Positions 17,045-25,841 of a DNA stretch of 52,042 nt are shown here, one piece after another. The DNA lies in contig MHSK01000011.1 in assembly GCA_001821295.1 (NCBI GenBank), positions 1-52,042 on the forward strand, read 5' to 3'. This stretch comes from Candidatus Taylorbacteria bacterium RIFCSPLOWO2_12_FULL_43_20 (lineage in GTDB: Bacteria; Patescibacteriota; Minisyncoccia; Phycocordibacterales; HO2-43-120). Position numbers and translations under genes: made by a program. The notes under the pieces were generated by a model that was not told the origin of the DNA, made no database searches, and was given only the letters and a program-made list of their open reading frames with translations. Every line of letters starts with the position of its first letter. The stretch's first letter is position 1.

Positions 17045-17335
17045 ATGGTTCAATTGCTTCACCATCCTGAGGAACTCGAAGGAGATCGTGGATGGGCTCT
17101 TATGAATAAGCTCGACAAATTTTTACTTAAACTGGACAAAAAAACTCGGGAAGCAATAAAGGAGATCATGACCTTGATTATTTTAGGCGATCTTTCGGGT
17201 TTAGACATAAAAAAATTGAAAGGTTTTGAAACTAGGTATAGGGTGAGAGTAGGCAGGATACGAGTAGTTTTTGATCAGACTGATTATGGAAATTTAATCC
17301 AAGACGTTTCTTTTCGCGACAATAATACGTATTAG
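17045..17335 (+). CDS. RelE/ParE-family toxin-like protein
   Basis: KLDKKTREAIKE...KKLKGFETRYRVRVGRIRVVFDQ resembles the RelE/StbE pattern (KLDKK..., YRIRVGDYRIIY). Alternative start at 17102. Confidence 0.6.
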   Translation: MVQLLHHPEELEGDRGWALMNKLDKFLLKLDKKTREAIKEIMTLIILGDLSGLDIKKLKGFETRYRVRVGRIRVVFDQTDYGNLIQDVSFRDNNTY

Positions 17336-17406
17336 GGAAAGCGGGTCAGGCACTCTTTCTCTAAATTTAAGGAAAGGTCTAAAAAGATTACCTGACCAAC
17401 CAACCA

Positions 17407-17434
17407 TTGACATTGAATCGTCTTTTGTTAATAT
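17407..17434 (+). promoter_or_regulatory. Sigma70-like promoter TTGACA-N16-TAATAT
   Basis: Read directly; about 350 nt upstream of tuf. Confidence 0.45.
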
Positions 17435-17623
17435 GTTATGTACCGTAATTCGGAGCTTTTTGTTTAATTCTAGTACCATAAACAATTCGGACTGTTATTG
17501 ACTCGATTGCTATACTATCAGGACTTATTTTTTGAAACCGGAGAAAATCAGGATATGCGAATCCAGACTCCGAAAATTCATGCTTAAGTTGTGGTGTGTG
17601 TCGCGTGTCAATGTTTGAACGTT

Positions 17624-17750
17624 TATAGAACTTACGCAGTCGGCGCATTTCTTTGTTGCAAGCTCCGTTTGCACCCGCAATGTATAAAACATACATTTTG
17701 GTCGCAATCCTCGCTTGCGCCTCAAACTGCATCAAAATGCGTAAGTCCAA
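17624..17750 (+). repeat. Family B ~125-nt TIR-bounded element, copy B1
   Basis: ACTTACGCAGTCGGCGCATTTCT...CTGCATC..ATGCGTAAGTCC; aligns along its whole length with the copies at 18984, 24344 and 38721. Confidence 0.9.
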
Positions 17751-17787
17751 GTTTAATAATTTTTTAATAATTTAATAATAAAAAATC

Positions 17788-18981
17788 ATGGCAGAAGCAT
17801 TTGATCGATCAAAACCGCATGTCAACGTCGGAACTATTGGCCACGTTGATCACGGCAAGACAACATTAACAGCGGCAATTCTCAGCGTTTTAAGTAGGTC
17901 GGGAAAGCAGGTTAAGCTGAAAGGAGTTGACCAGATAGACTCCGCGCCGGAAGAAAAAGCTCGAGGCATCACGATCTCTTTGTCGCACAACGAATACTCC
18001 AGTGACACAAGGCACTACGCTCACATTGACGCTCCGGGTCATGCCGACTATATAAAAAACATGATTACAGGCGCGGCTCAGATGGACGGAGCCGTTTTGG
18101 TGGTGGCGGCCACGGACGGGGTTATGCCGCAGACTCGCGAGCATATTCTTCTTGCCAAGCAGGTGGGAGTGCCTAAAATCGTGGTCTTTCTCAATAAATG
18201 TGATATGGTTGCCGAACAGGACTTGATAGACCTTGTGGAAGAAGAGGTTAGAGAATTGCTTGATAAGTATGAGTTTGACGGAAAAAACGCTCCGGTTATC
18301 AGGGGATCGGCTCTAAAGGCGCTTGAAGCGTCGGGAGTGGATGATGAATGGTCCAAAAAAGTTTTGGATCTCGTAAATACGCTGGACACCTACATTCCTA
18401 TACCGGTAAGAGAAACCGATAAGCCGTTTCTGATGCCTGTTGAAGATATATTTTCTATTGAAGGACGAGGAACGGTGGTAACGGGAAGAATTGAAAGAGG
18501 AATAGTCAAAGTGGGAGAAGATGTGGAAATAATAGGCATTAAACCGACGATCAAAACAACGGTTACCGGCATTGAAATGTTCAATAAATCTTTATCTGAG
18601 GGCATGGCGGGAGACAACGCCGGTATTCTTCTTAGAGGATCAAAGAAAGAAGATATTCACAGAGGACAAGTATTGGCAAAGCCGGGATCGGTTACTCCGC
18701 ACACGGATTTTGAAAGCGAGGTCTATGTTTTGAAAAAGGAAGAAGGGGGGAGGCATACACCGTTCTTTTCTGGTTACAAGCCGCAATTTTACATCAGGAC
18801 TACGGACGTTACCGGAGAAGTTACGCTGGTGGAAGGCACGGAAATGATTATGCCCGGAGATACGACAAAATTTACGGTTAAGCTGGTTGCGCCTGTAGCG
18901 CTTGAGGAGAAACAGAGATTTGCCATTCGCGAGGGTGGTAAAACAGTGGGCGCCGGAGTAGTGACGAAAATAACCAAATAG
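17788..18981 (+). CDS. tuf: Elongation factor Tu
   Basis: [39 protein letters not shown]; 397 aa. Confidence 0.97.
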   Translation: MAEAFDRSKPHVNVGTIGHVDHGKTTLTAAILSVLSRSGKQVKLKGVDQIDSAPEEKARGITISLSHNEYSSDTRHYAHIDAPGHADYIKNMITGAAQMDGAVLVVAATDGVMPQTREHILLAKQVGVPKIVVFLNKCDMVAEQDLIDLVEEEVRELLDKYEFDGKNAPVIRGSALKALEASGVDDEWSKKVLDLVNTLDTYIPIPVRETDKPFLMPVEDIFSIEGRGTVVTGRIERGIVKVGEDVEIIGIKPTIKTTVTGIEMFNKSLSEGMAGDNAGILLRGSKKEDIHRGQVLAKPGSVTPHTDFESEVYVLKKEEGGRHTPFFSGYKPQFYIRTTDVTGEVTLVEGTEMIMPGDTTKFTVKLVAPVALEEKQRFAIREGGKTVGAGVVTKITK

Positions 18982-18983
18982 AA

Positions 18984-19109
18984 TATGATTTACGCAGTCG
19001 GCGCATTTCTTCTATGCAAGCCCCGTTTGCTCCCGCAATGTATAAGCTACATTCTGGTCGCAATCCTCGCTTGCGCCTCGAACTGCATCCAACTGCGTAA
19101 GTCCTATAG
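18984..19109 (+). repeat. Family B element, copy B2
   Basis: Starts 2 nt after the tuf stop; ends ...AACTGCGTAAGTCCTATAG. Confidence 0.9.
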
Positions 19110-19177
19110 AACAATTAACAACTGACATTTGACAATTGACTAATAATCGTTAATTGTACAATATTACCTGTCATATC

Positions 19178-19537
19178 GTGGCTAAAGAAATCACAAAGAA
19201 GAAAAACATCAAGCAGACAAAGGAGGGTGTCGTTCATAAGCTCCGCATCCGCATTCGGGCGTATGAGTATAAAATTCTTGACGCGTCTGTCAAACAGATA
19301 ATGGATACGGCGTTGCGTTATGATGCCACTATTCTGGGACCCATACCGTTGCCTACTGAAATCAGAAAATATACCGTGAATAGGTCGTCATTTGTGTACA
19401 AAAACGCCAGAGAACAGTTTGAGATGAGGGTTCATAAACGTCTGATAGACATAATAAATCCAAGCGCTAAAGTTATAGAATCCTTAACTAACCTGAACCT
19501 TCCGTCGGGAGTGAATATAGATGTCAAAATGGTGTAG
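19178..19537 (+). CDS. rpsJ: 30S ribosomal protein S10
   Basis: LRIRIRAYEYKILD...GPIPLPTE...FEMRVHKRLIDI signature. GTG at 19178 is preferred because the TTG at 19154 overlaps a TACAAT -10-like box. Start uncertain. Confidence 0.9.
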   Translation: MAKEITKKKNIKQTKEGVVHKLRIRIRAYEYKILDASVKQIMDTALRYDATILGPIPLPTEIRKYTVNRSSFVYKNAREQFEMRVHKRLIDIINPSAKVIESLTNLNLPSGVNIDVKMV

Positions 19538-19566
19538 AGTGATAATTTAAAATATGTGTTTCGCCA

Positions 19567-19590
19567 TCATCCCCGCGCAAGCGGGGATGA
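19567..19590. repeat. 10-bp perfect hairpin with GCAA tetraloop (TCATCCCCGC-GCAA-GCGGGGATGA)
   Basis: Lies between rpsJ and rplC and looks like a variant of the family C hairpin architecture. Confidence 0.8.
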
Positions 19591-19625
19591 GGTTTAGTCC
19601 AAAAAAACAACATTAATTTATAACC

Positions 19626-20240
19626 ATGAAATTCATTTTGGGGACAAAACAGAATATGACGCAGATTTTTGACGATGAGGGAAGGGTTTTTCCCGTAACT
19701 GTGATTTCTGCGCTTCCATCAACTGTTGTTCAGGTGAAAAACATGGATAAAGACGGTTATGAAGCGGTTCAGATTGGTTACGGCAATAAAAATCCTAAAA
19801 AAATCAACAAACCCATACAAGGCCATGTAAAAGGTCTCGGCAATTTCTCCACCTTCAGGGAATACAAAAATGGCTCTACCAAACATGCTGTGGGAGATAA
19901 AATAGATCTTACAATATTTAATGAGGGAGAGGCCATTACCGTTACAGGTATAAGCAAAGGCAAAGGGTTTCAAGGTACTGTCAAAAGGCATGGTTTCGCG
20001 GGAGGATCCAGAACTCATGGCCAAAAACATTCAGAGAGAGAGCCGGGTGCGATTGGTGGTGGCGGAGGAAGAGCGGGAGGAAGAGTCGTGAAGGGGATGA
20101 GAATGTCAGGTCGGATGGGGGGGGATCGCGTTAGTGTTAAAAACTTGAAAATTGTCAAAATAGACAAAGAAAACAGCACAGTTTATGTTAAAGGAGCGGT
20201 TCCCGGAAGACGAGGAACATTGTTGGAAATAAGAGCATAA
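19626..20240 (+). CDS. rplC: 50S ribosomal protein L3
   Basis: GKGFQGTVKRHGFAGG..THG signature. Confidence 0.95.
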   Translation: MKFILGTKQNMTQIFDDEGRVFPVTVISALPSTVVQVKNMDKDGYEAVQIGYGNKNPKKINKPIQGHVKGLGNFSTFREYKNGSTKHAVGDKIDLTIFNEGEAITVTGISKGKGFQGTVKRHGFAGGSRTHGQKHSEREPGAIGGGGGRAGGRVVKGMRMSGRMGGDRVSVKNLKIVKIDKENSTVYVKGAVPGRRGTLLEIRA

Positions 20241-20241
20241 C

Positions 20242-20937
20242 ATGGAAGAGAAACTATATAACCAAGAAGGCAAAGAAGTTGGGAAACTGGAGCTTCCAGA
20301 GTATGTGTTCAACTTGCCTTGGAATGCCGATCTGGTTCATCAGGTCTCTGTTTCAATGATGGCGAATATTCGCATGCCTTTGGCTCACGCGAAGACAAGA
20401 GGCGAAGTGCGCGGAGGAGGTAAAAAGCCGTGGAGACAGAAAGGTACCGGCAGGGCCAGGCACGGATCCTCGCGTTCTCCAATTTGGGTGGGCGGTGGAG
20501 TGACTCATGGACCGAGAAATGACAAAATTTACGCCAAAAAAATAAATAAAAAAATGAAATCCAAAGCTCTTTATACCGTACTTTCTAAAAAATATAAAAA
20601 TGGCGAAATTATTTTTGTTGACAATATTAATTTGCCCATGGGAAAAACCAAGGAAGCTCTTTCGGTAATCAAAGGTCTCGGGTCCATTCCGGGATACGAG
20701 CTCGTGGCAAAAAAAAGGAGCAACGCTCTCTGCATAACAGTTCCAAAAGAGGAGCTCGTAAGCGGCGTAAAAAGAGCTTTTTCAAACATAGGCAAATCTC
20801 AAGTTATAACGCTGGATAATTTAAACGCGCTTCATGCTCTGACATATAAATATTTGGTTTTGTCTTCGGCAAAAAATATTAAAGATTTTTTCAATACAGG
20901 CAAGGAAAAGAACAGTAAAGAACTTTCAAAAAGCTAA
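20242..20937 (+). CDS. rplD: 50S ribosomal protein L4
   Basis: KPWRQKGTGRARHGSSRSPIWVGGGVTHGP signature. Confidence 0.95.
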   Translation: MEEKLYNQEGKEVGKLELPEYVFNLPWNADLVHQVSVSMMANIRMPLAHAKTRGEVRGGGKKPWRQKGTGRARHGSSRSPIWVGGGVTHGPRNDKIYAKKINKKMKSKALYTVLSKKYKNGEIIFVDNINLPMGKTKEALSVIKGLGSIPGYELVAKKRSNALCITVPKEELVSGVKRAFSNIGKSQVITLDNLNALHALTYKYLVLSSAKNIKDFFNTGKEKNSKELSKS

Positions 20938-20940
20938 AAA

Positions 20941-21312
20941 ATGTCATTTTTAAATTTAAAAAAGAATAAGAGCCAAGTTGGCGATAATGATAAGAAAAAA
21001 AACGAGAACCCCATTCATTCCGAAGGAGGGGTCGGGCGAGATATGGCGACTTACGTTTTAGGCCCTAGGGTGACTGAAAAGACGGCTAGAGGTTCGGAAA
21101 ACAATGTGTATACTTTCAACATCTCTCGAAACGCGGATAAGAGGCGGGTGGCGCGGGCGATAAAAGAGATATACGGCGTTGTTCCTTTTCAGGTAAGGAT
21201 TATTTCAGTAAGAAATAAAGGAGTTTTTTTTCGCGGTAAACGCGGAAAGACGAGCGGAGGAAAAAAAGCTTATGTATACCTTAGAAAGGAGGACAAGATA
21301 GAGGTTTTATAA
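20941..21312 (+). CDS. rplW: 50S ribosomal protein L23 (with N-terminal extension)
   Basis: L23-like core (VLGPRVTEKT...YTFNISRNADKRRVARAIKEIYGV) in the conserved operon position. Confidence 0.9.
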   Translation: MSFLNLKKNKSQVGDNDKKKNENPIHSEGGVGRDMATYVLGPRVTEKTARGSENNVYTFNISRNADKRRVARAIKEIYGVVPFQVRIISVRNKGVFFRGKRGKTSGGKKAYVYLRKEDKIEVL

Positions 21313-21322
21313 AATATCATGA

Positions 21323-21372
21323 ATTATAAACTCTTTTCTCGACGGGCAACCGTCTTTGATGAGTTTCGTAAT
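21323..21372 (+). repeat. Family A mini-derivative (termini only), copy A5
   Basis: ATTATAAACTC...GAGTTTCGTAAT flank a short GACGG-GCAA-CCGTC hairpin in place of the 100-nt core. Confidence 0.75.
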
Positions 21373-21428
21373 TTCAAGATAAAAAAAGAAGAGGGTTTAC
21401 TGAATTTACAATCAAATCAATCATATTT

Positions 21429-22271
21429 ATGAAAAGTTATAAACCGACATCCAAATCAAGACGGCACATGACCACTATCGCGTATAGGGGGGTAATAACG
21501 CACTCGGAGCCGCACAAGCCGCTTTCAGGGGGGTTCAAGCGTTCCGTGGGAAGAAATAGCCAAGGCAGATTGACTACACGGCATAAGGGCGGCGGACATA
21601 AGCGGCTCTATAGAGACGTTGATTTTTCATATTCTAAGACAGGTATTCCTGCCAAGGTTTTATCTGTTGAGTATGATCCGAATCGCTCAGGTTTTATTTC
21701 TCTCGCGGGATACCCAGATGGTGAAAAGAAATATCTGCTTACGCCTAAAGGTGTTGGCGTCGGCGACACTTTGGAATACGGAATGAATGCCGAGATTAAA
21801 CCGGGTAATGCTCTGCCTCTCAAAAATATTCCCGTAGGTACGCGGGTTTATAATGTTGAGATTAAGCCAAAAGGAGGTGGAAAGATTGCCAGAGCGGCTG
21901 GGAATTTCGTGGAAGTAGTGGCCCTGGATGCCGGCTATACTCATCTCAAGATGCCTTCTTCGGAAATACGCAAGGTACAGGCGGAATGTATGGCGACTAT
22001 TGGAGAGGTTTCCAATGATGAGAATAGACTGGTGAATATCGGTAAGGCGGGCAGGTCCAGGTGGCTCGGCATCCGGCCCACCGTGAGAGGTACGGCCCAA
22101 AATCCAGTTGACCATCCTTATGGAGGAGGTGAAGGTAGGCAGGGTCGAGGATTACGACGTGCGAAGACAAGATGGGGTAAACCGGTCGGCAAGGGACAAA
22201 AATCAAGAAGAGCCAAAAAATATTCCAATTTCCTCATTGTTTCGAGGAGAAAGGTAGGGAAGAGCAGGTAG
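21429..22271 (+). CDS. rplB: 50S ribosomal protein L2
   Basis: GGGHKRLYR and NPVDHPYGGGEGR signatures. Confidence 0.97.
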   Translation: MKSYKPTSKSRRHMTTIAYRGVITHSEPHKPLSGGFKRSVGRNSQGRLTTRHKGGGHKRLYRDVDFSYSKTGIPAKVLSVEYDPNRSGFISLAGYPDGEKKYLLTPKGVGVGDTLEYGMNAEIKPGNALPLKNIPVGTRVYNVEIKPKGGGKIARAAGNFVEVVALDAGYTHLKMPSSEIRKVQAECMATIGEVSNDENRLVNIGKAGRSRWLGIRPTVRGTAQNPVDHPYGGGEGRQGRGLRRAKTRWGKPVGKGQKSRRAKKYSNFLIVSRRKVGKSR

Positions 22272-22325
22272 AGCACAAACTCTATATATTTCAGGACTGC
22301 GTGAGTCCTATATTGAAGGGAGGGA

Positions 22326-22354
22326 TTGACACTGGTGCTAATTCCATATAATAT
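22326..22354 (+). promoter_or_regulatory. Consensus sigma70-like promoter TTGACA-N17-TAATAT inside the S10 cluster
   Basis: Read directly between rplB and rpsS. Confidence 0.5.
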
Positions 22355-22375
22355 GTACCGTGTTAATAAGGCTCT

Positions 22376-22397
22376 AAGCTCGCTTGAGCTTTTTTTA
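22376..22397 (+). terminator. Terminator/attenuator-like hairpin AAGCTC-GCTT-GAGCTT plus T7 run
   Basis: Lies 10 nt upstream of the rpsS ATG and downstream of the promoter-like site. Confidence 0.4.
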
Positions 22398-22406
22398 AAT
22401 CAATTC

Positions 22407-22748
22407 ATGACAAGATCGCTAAAAAAAGGACCATATGTATCAGACAATCTTTTAAAAAAGATTGCGGGAAGGAGACCGGAAGAACTGGGTGTGGTCAAAA
22501 CATGGGAGAGGAGAAGCCAAATTTCACCCGAAATGGTGGGTTTCAAGTTAGGAATCCATAATGGAAGAGAACATGTTGAGGTGCTTATAACTGAAGACAT
22601 GGTCGGTCATCGTCTTGGTGAGTTTTCATTGACGAGGAAATTCCTCAGACATGGCGGAAAAATGCAGAAGGAGCTTGAAATGAAAAAGAAGGAGGCGGAA
22701 ATAGCTTCGGCTCAGGCGGCAAAATCAGCGGTAGCGGATAAGAAATAA
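22407..22748 (+). CDS. rpsS: 30S ribosomal protein S19 (with Lys/Ala-rich C-terminal extension)
   Basis: [11 protein letters not shown]...[23 protein letters not shown]; start set at the canonical MxRSLKKGP. Confidence 0.95.
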   Translation: MTRSLKKGPYVSDNLLKKIAGRRPEELGVVKTWERRSQISPEMVGFKLGIHNGREHVEVLITEDMVGHRLGEFSLTRKFLRHGGKMQKELEMKKKEAEIASAQAAKSAVADKK

Positions 22749-22754
22749 AATAAG

Positions 22755-23093
22755 ATGAAAGCCAATTTAAATGATTATAGACAGTCACCGAGAAAGGTTC
22801 GTTTGGTCACTCGTTCCCTTCAAGGTAAAAAGGTTCATACTGCCCTTGGTATGCTTGATCTTTTGGACAAGAGGGCGGCTTGGCCCCTAGCAAAACTTAT
22901 CAGATCTGCCGTGGCTAATGCCAAAAACGATATGGGAAAGGATGAAAGCGATCTTTTTATAGAGAAATTTGAGGTAAATCCAGGTCAAGTTTTGAAACGT
23001 AGAATGCCAAGAGCTCGAGGATCTGCTTTCCCCATTAAAAAGAGAACTTGTCATGTTTCCTTGGTTTTGGGAACAAAACCAGAGAATTCCTAA
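22755..23093 (+). CDS. rplV: 50S ribosomal protein L22
   Basis: L22-like sequence (YRQSPRKVRLV...ANAKN...) in the conserved operon position. Confidence 0.92.
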   Translation: MKANLNDYRQSPRKVRLVTRSLQGKKVHTALGMLDLLDKRAAWPLAKLIRSAVANAKNDMGKDESDLFIEKFEVNPGQVLKRRMPRARGSAFPIKKRTCHVSLVLGTKPENS

Positions 23094-23146
23094 TTACCAA
23101 TTTCTAATTTCCAACAAAGACGCTGGGACTTAGAAATTGGTAATTA
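23091..23146. repeat. Perfect 17-bp hairpin TAATTACCAATTTCTAA ... TTAGAAATTGGTAATTA
   Basis: The left arm starts at the rplV stop codon; 22-nt loop; no T-run. Confidence 0.85.
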
Positions 23147-23172
23147 GTTTAGATATTAGAAATTATTAAAAC

Positions 23173-23832
23173 ATGTCACACGTCGTTCATCCATATTCAC
23201 ACAGGTTAGGTATATTAAAGGACTGGAAAAGCCGCTGGTTTGGGGTGGGCGTCAAGAAATATAAAGAATTCTTGAGATGCGACATCCTTATAAGAGAGTT
23301 TTTACAGAAGAAGCTTCGAGGTTTTTACGTAAGTTCCATTGAAATGGAAAGGGGAGAAAAAACCTTGAGAATAATAATTAAAACATCAAGACCTGGGATG
23401 ATCATAGGCAAAGGAGGAGACGGCGCCATAAGATTGAGGGCGCAAATTCTGAAAGAAATTTCACGGCTTAAACTCGCCCTTCCGCCCGATCTAAAAGTCG
23501 ATATTGAAGAGGTGCGTTCACCCGAGTCTAACGCGGCAATCGTGGCTTATATGATAGCTGAAGGTTTGGAAAAAAGGATGCCTTTTCGCCGAGTCATGAA
23601 GCAGATGATAGAAAAAGTAATGGCAAACAGGGACGTGCTTGGGGTCAAGATATACTTGGGCGGCCGACTCGGAGGAGCGGATATGGCCAGAAGCGAGGAA
23701 TTAAAAAAAGGAAGGGTTCCTCTTCAAACATTCAGATCCGATGTTGATTTTGCAAGGGAAAAAGCCCACATGTCATATGGCGACATTGGGATCAAGGTTT
23801 GGATATATAAAGGAGAGATATTTAATAAATAA
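23173..23832 (+). CDS. rpsC: 30S ribosomal protein S3
   Basis: HVVHPYSHRLG...W.SRWF N-terminus and KH-domain core. Confidence 0.95.
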   Translation: MSHVVHPYSHRLGILKDWKSRWFGVGVKKYKEFLRCDILIREFLQKKLRGFYVSSIEMERGEKTLRIIIKTSRPGMIIGKGGDGAIRLRAQILKEISRLKLALPPDLKVDIEEVRSPESNAAIVAYMIAEGLEKRMPFRRVMKQMIEKVMANRDVLGVKIYLGGRLGGADMARSEELKKGRVPLQTFRSDVDFAREKAHMSYGDIGIKVWIYKGEIFNK

Positions 23833-23901
23833 CAAAAATAAGCGCGAAATACTAAATACGAAGCACGAAAAATGAATTCATAATCCAAAAATTAAAAAAA
23901 T

Positions 23902-24321
23902 ATGTTACTACCAAAGAAAGTTAAACACAGGAAATGGCACACCATGAGGAGAAATCCGAAGAAATCTATGGTTGAAACCAGAGGCGTTGCTTTGGCTTTT
24001 GGCTCTTCGGGACTTAAAGCCGAGTCAGCGGGTAGAATAACTTCCAATCAAATTGAATCTGCGCGAAAAGTGATGTCGCGGTTTTCGGGAAAAACCGGGA
24101 GGATTTGGATCAGAGTGTTTCCTGACATGCCTTATACAGCTAAACCGGCGGAAGTGGGAATGGGAAAAGGTAAAGGAGATCCTCAGGGGTATTGTGTGCA
24201 AATACGGCCCGGAAGAGTGATATTTGAGCTTGACGGCATTTCGGAAGCGGACGCAAAAGAAGCGCTGAGAAAGGCCGGTGCCAAATTGCCAATAAAAACC
24301 AGGATGATTGTCAGGCAGTAG
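23902..24321 (+). CDS. rplP: 50S ribosomal protein L16
   Basis: MLLPKKVKHRK...; PAEVGMGKGKG signature. Confidence 0.95.
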   Translation: MLLPKKVKHRKWHTMRRNPKKSMVETRGVALAFGSSGLKAESAGRITSNQIESARKVMSRFSGKTGRIWIRVFPDMPYTAKPAEVGMGKGKGDPQGYCVQIRPGRVIFELDGISEADAKEALRKAGAKLPIKTRMIVRQ

Positions 24322-24343
24322 ACAAGTTTGCGTTATTGAGTAG

Positions 24344-24472
24344 TATATGACTTACGCAGTCGGCGCATTTCTTCGTTGCAAGCTCCGTTTGCTCCCGCAA
24401 TGTATAAGGATACATTTTGGTCGCAATCCTCGCTCGCGCCTCGAACTGCATCCAACTGCGTAAGCCCTATAG
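24344..24472 (+). repeat. Family B element, copy B3 (between rplP and rpmC)
   Basis: TATATGACTTACGCAGTCGGCGCATTTCTTCGTTGCAAGC...CAACTGCGTAAGCCCTATAG. Confidence 0.9.
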
Positions 24473-24495
24473 CATTAGGAATTACTTCCACAGCC

Positions 24496-24693
24496 ATGAA
24501 TATTTCAAAAGAACTAAAGAAAAAAAAAGATGATGATCTGAAGCGTTTGTTGGATGAAAAGCGGAGCGCGTTAAGGGAATTTCGGTTTAAAGTTGTCGGC
24601 AGTAAGCAGAAAAACGTCAAGGAGGGGAGAGGTTTGCGCAGGCACATCGCGAAGGTTTTGACGGAAATAAACGCAAGAAAAAAACGAGATTAA
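24496..24693 (+). CDS. rpmC: 50S ribosomal protein L29
   Basis: The ATG at 24496 (MNISKELKKK...LREFRFK...RRHIAKVLTEI) is used. The upstream part of the tracked ORF is translation of repeat B3. Confidence 0.9.
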   Translation: MNISKELKKKKDDDLKRLLDEKRSALREFRFKVVGSKQKNVKEGRGLRRHIAKVLTEINARKKRD

Positions 24694-24703
24694 AATATTG
24701 TTT

Positions 24704-24964
24704 ATGGATAACAACAAACAACACGAAAAAAAGGAAGAGACAAAGAGAGCAAAGACCCTTTCGGGCACGGTTGTGTCAACTAAAATGAAAGATACCATCG
24801 TAGTTAGGGTTGAACAATACAAAAAAGTCCCTAAATATGGAAAATATGTGATGAGGAGTAAAAGGTATTTGGCGCATGACCTAGGTAATACTAAAAAAAT
24901 CGGAGATAAAGTGGAGATAAAAGAGTGCAGACCTTTATCAAAAAACAAGCATTTTAAGGTATAG
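24704..24964 (+). CDS. rpsQ: 30S ribosomal protein S17
   Basis: LSGTVVSTKMKDTIVVRVE...KYGKY...H signature. Start at ATG 24704 or TTG 24698. Confidence 0.92.
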   Translation: MDNNKQHEKKEETKRAKTLSGTVVSTKMKDTIVVRVEQYKKVPKYGKYVMRSKRYLAHDLGNTKKIGDKVEIKECRPLSKNKHFKV

Positions 24965-24980
24965 CATTTAATTTTTAAAC

Positions 24981-25352
24981 ATGATTCAACCGCGCTCAAT
25001 AGTTAAAATCGCCGATAATTCCGGAGGTAAAATCGGACGAATTTTTAAAATAATCGGGAGTTCAAAAAAAAGATACGCTGAATTGGGCGAGATTGTCGTG
25101 CTATCTGTTCAAAAGGCGGAGCCGCGAAAAGCCGCGAAAAAAAAGGATGTTCTGCATGGAGTCGTCGTAAGACAGAGAAATGCTTATCGTAGAAAAGACG
25201 GTTCATATATACGTTTTGACGAGAATGCCGTTGTCATAGTTGAAAAAGGAAAACTGGAACCGATCGCGGGAAGAATATTCGGGCCAATACCGAGAGAAAT
25301 AGCTGAAAAAGGATTTCAAAAAATAGCATCACTGGCTCCGGAGATAGTTTAA
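24981..25352 (+). CDS. rplN: 50S ribosomal protein L14
   Basis: MIQPRSIVKIADNSGGK N-terminus. Confidence 0.95.
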   Translation: MIQPRSIVKIADNSGGKIGRIFKIIGSSKKRYAELGEIVVLSVQKAEPRKAAKKKDVLHGVVVRQRNAYRRKDGSYIRFDENAVVIVEKGKLEPIAGRIFGPIPREIAEKGFQKIASLAPEIV

Positions 25353-25379
25353 GAAAAATAACACGACACCAATATACGA

Positions 25380-25420
25380 CTCCGACGCTTTGGTCGGAGC
25401 CCCGACCGAAGCGTCGGGGA
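25380..25420. repeat. Family D long hairpin (CCGACGCTTTGGTCGG-AGCC-CCGACCGAAGCGTCGG)
   Basis: Same hairpin as at 42836-42875 and 46782-46821. Lies between rplN and rplX. Confidence 0.9.
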
Positions 25421-25518
25421 TGAAGACGAATTACACTAATATATTGATGGATTTAAACAATCTACCCAATTCTTGTCATTCGTTTTAATTCGTAATCAGT
25501 GTCTAGGAAAAATCAAAC

Positions 25519-25827
25519 ATGAAAATAAAAAAGAATGATAAAGTGGTGGTCATAACCGGTAAAGATAAAGGTAAAATCGGTAAAGTTACGCGCGCTTTTC
25601 CGAGCACTGACATGGTTCTGGTCGACGGGGTGAATAAGAAAAAGAAACATGCCAAATCAAAAAAAAGCGGAAAAAAAGGGGAAATATTGGATATATTTTA
25701 TCCTGTGCACGTTTCTAACGTTAAGATAATTGATCCGGAGACGGAAAAGGGAGTAAGAATAGCCAAGAAACTTGTTGATGGAAAATTTGTAAGAGTTAGC
25801 GCGAAAAGCGGAAAAGAGCTGGGTTAG
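25519..25827 (+). CDS. rplX: 50S ribosomal protein L24
   Basis: KOW motif KIKKNDKVVVITGKDKGKIGKV. Confidence 0.93.
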   Translation: MKIKKNDKVVVITGKDKGKIGKVTRAFPSTDMVLVDGVNKKKKHAKSKKSGKKGEILDIFYPVHVSNVKIIDPETEKGVRIAKKLVDGKFVRVSAKSGKELG

Positions 25828-25841
25828 CGATAATATGACAT

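Noticed and set aside
17436-17750. Minus-strand ORFs 17436..17750, 18878..19114 and 24333..24647 sharing YIAGANGAC.EEMRRLRK
   Set aside because: They are translation artefacts of family B repeat copies. The flanking parts of the ORFs are unrelated and there is no start or RBS context.
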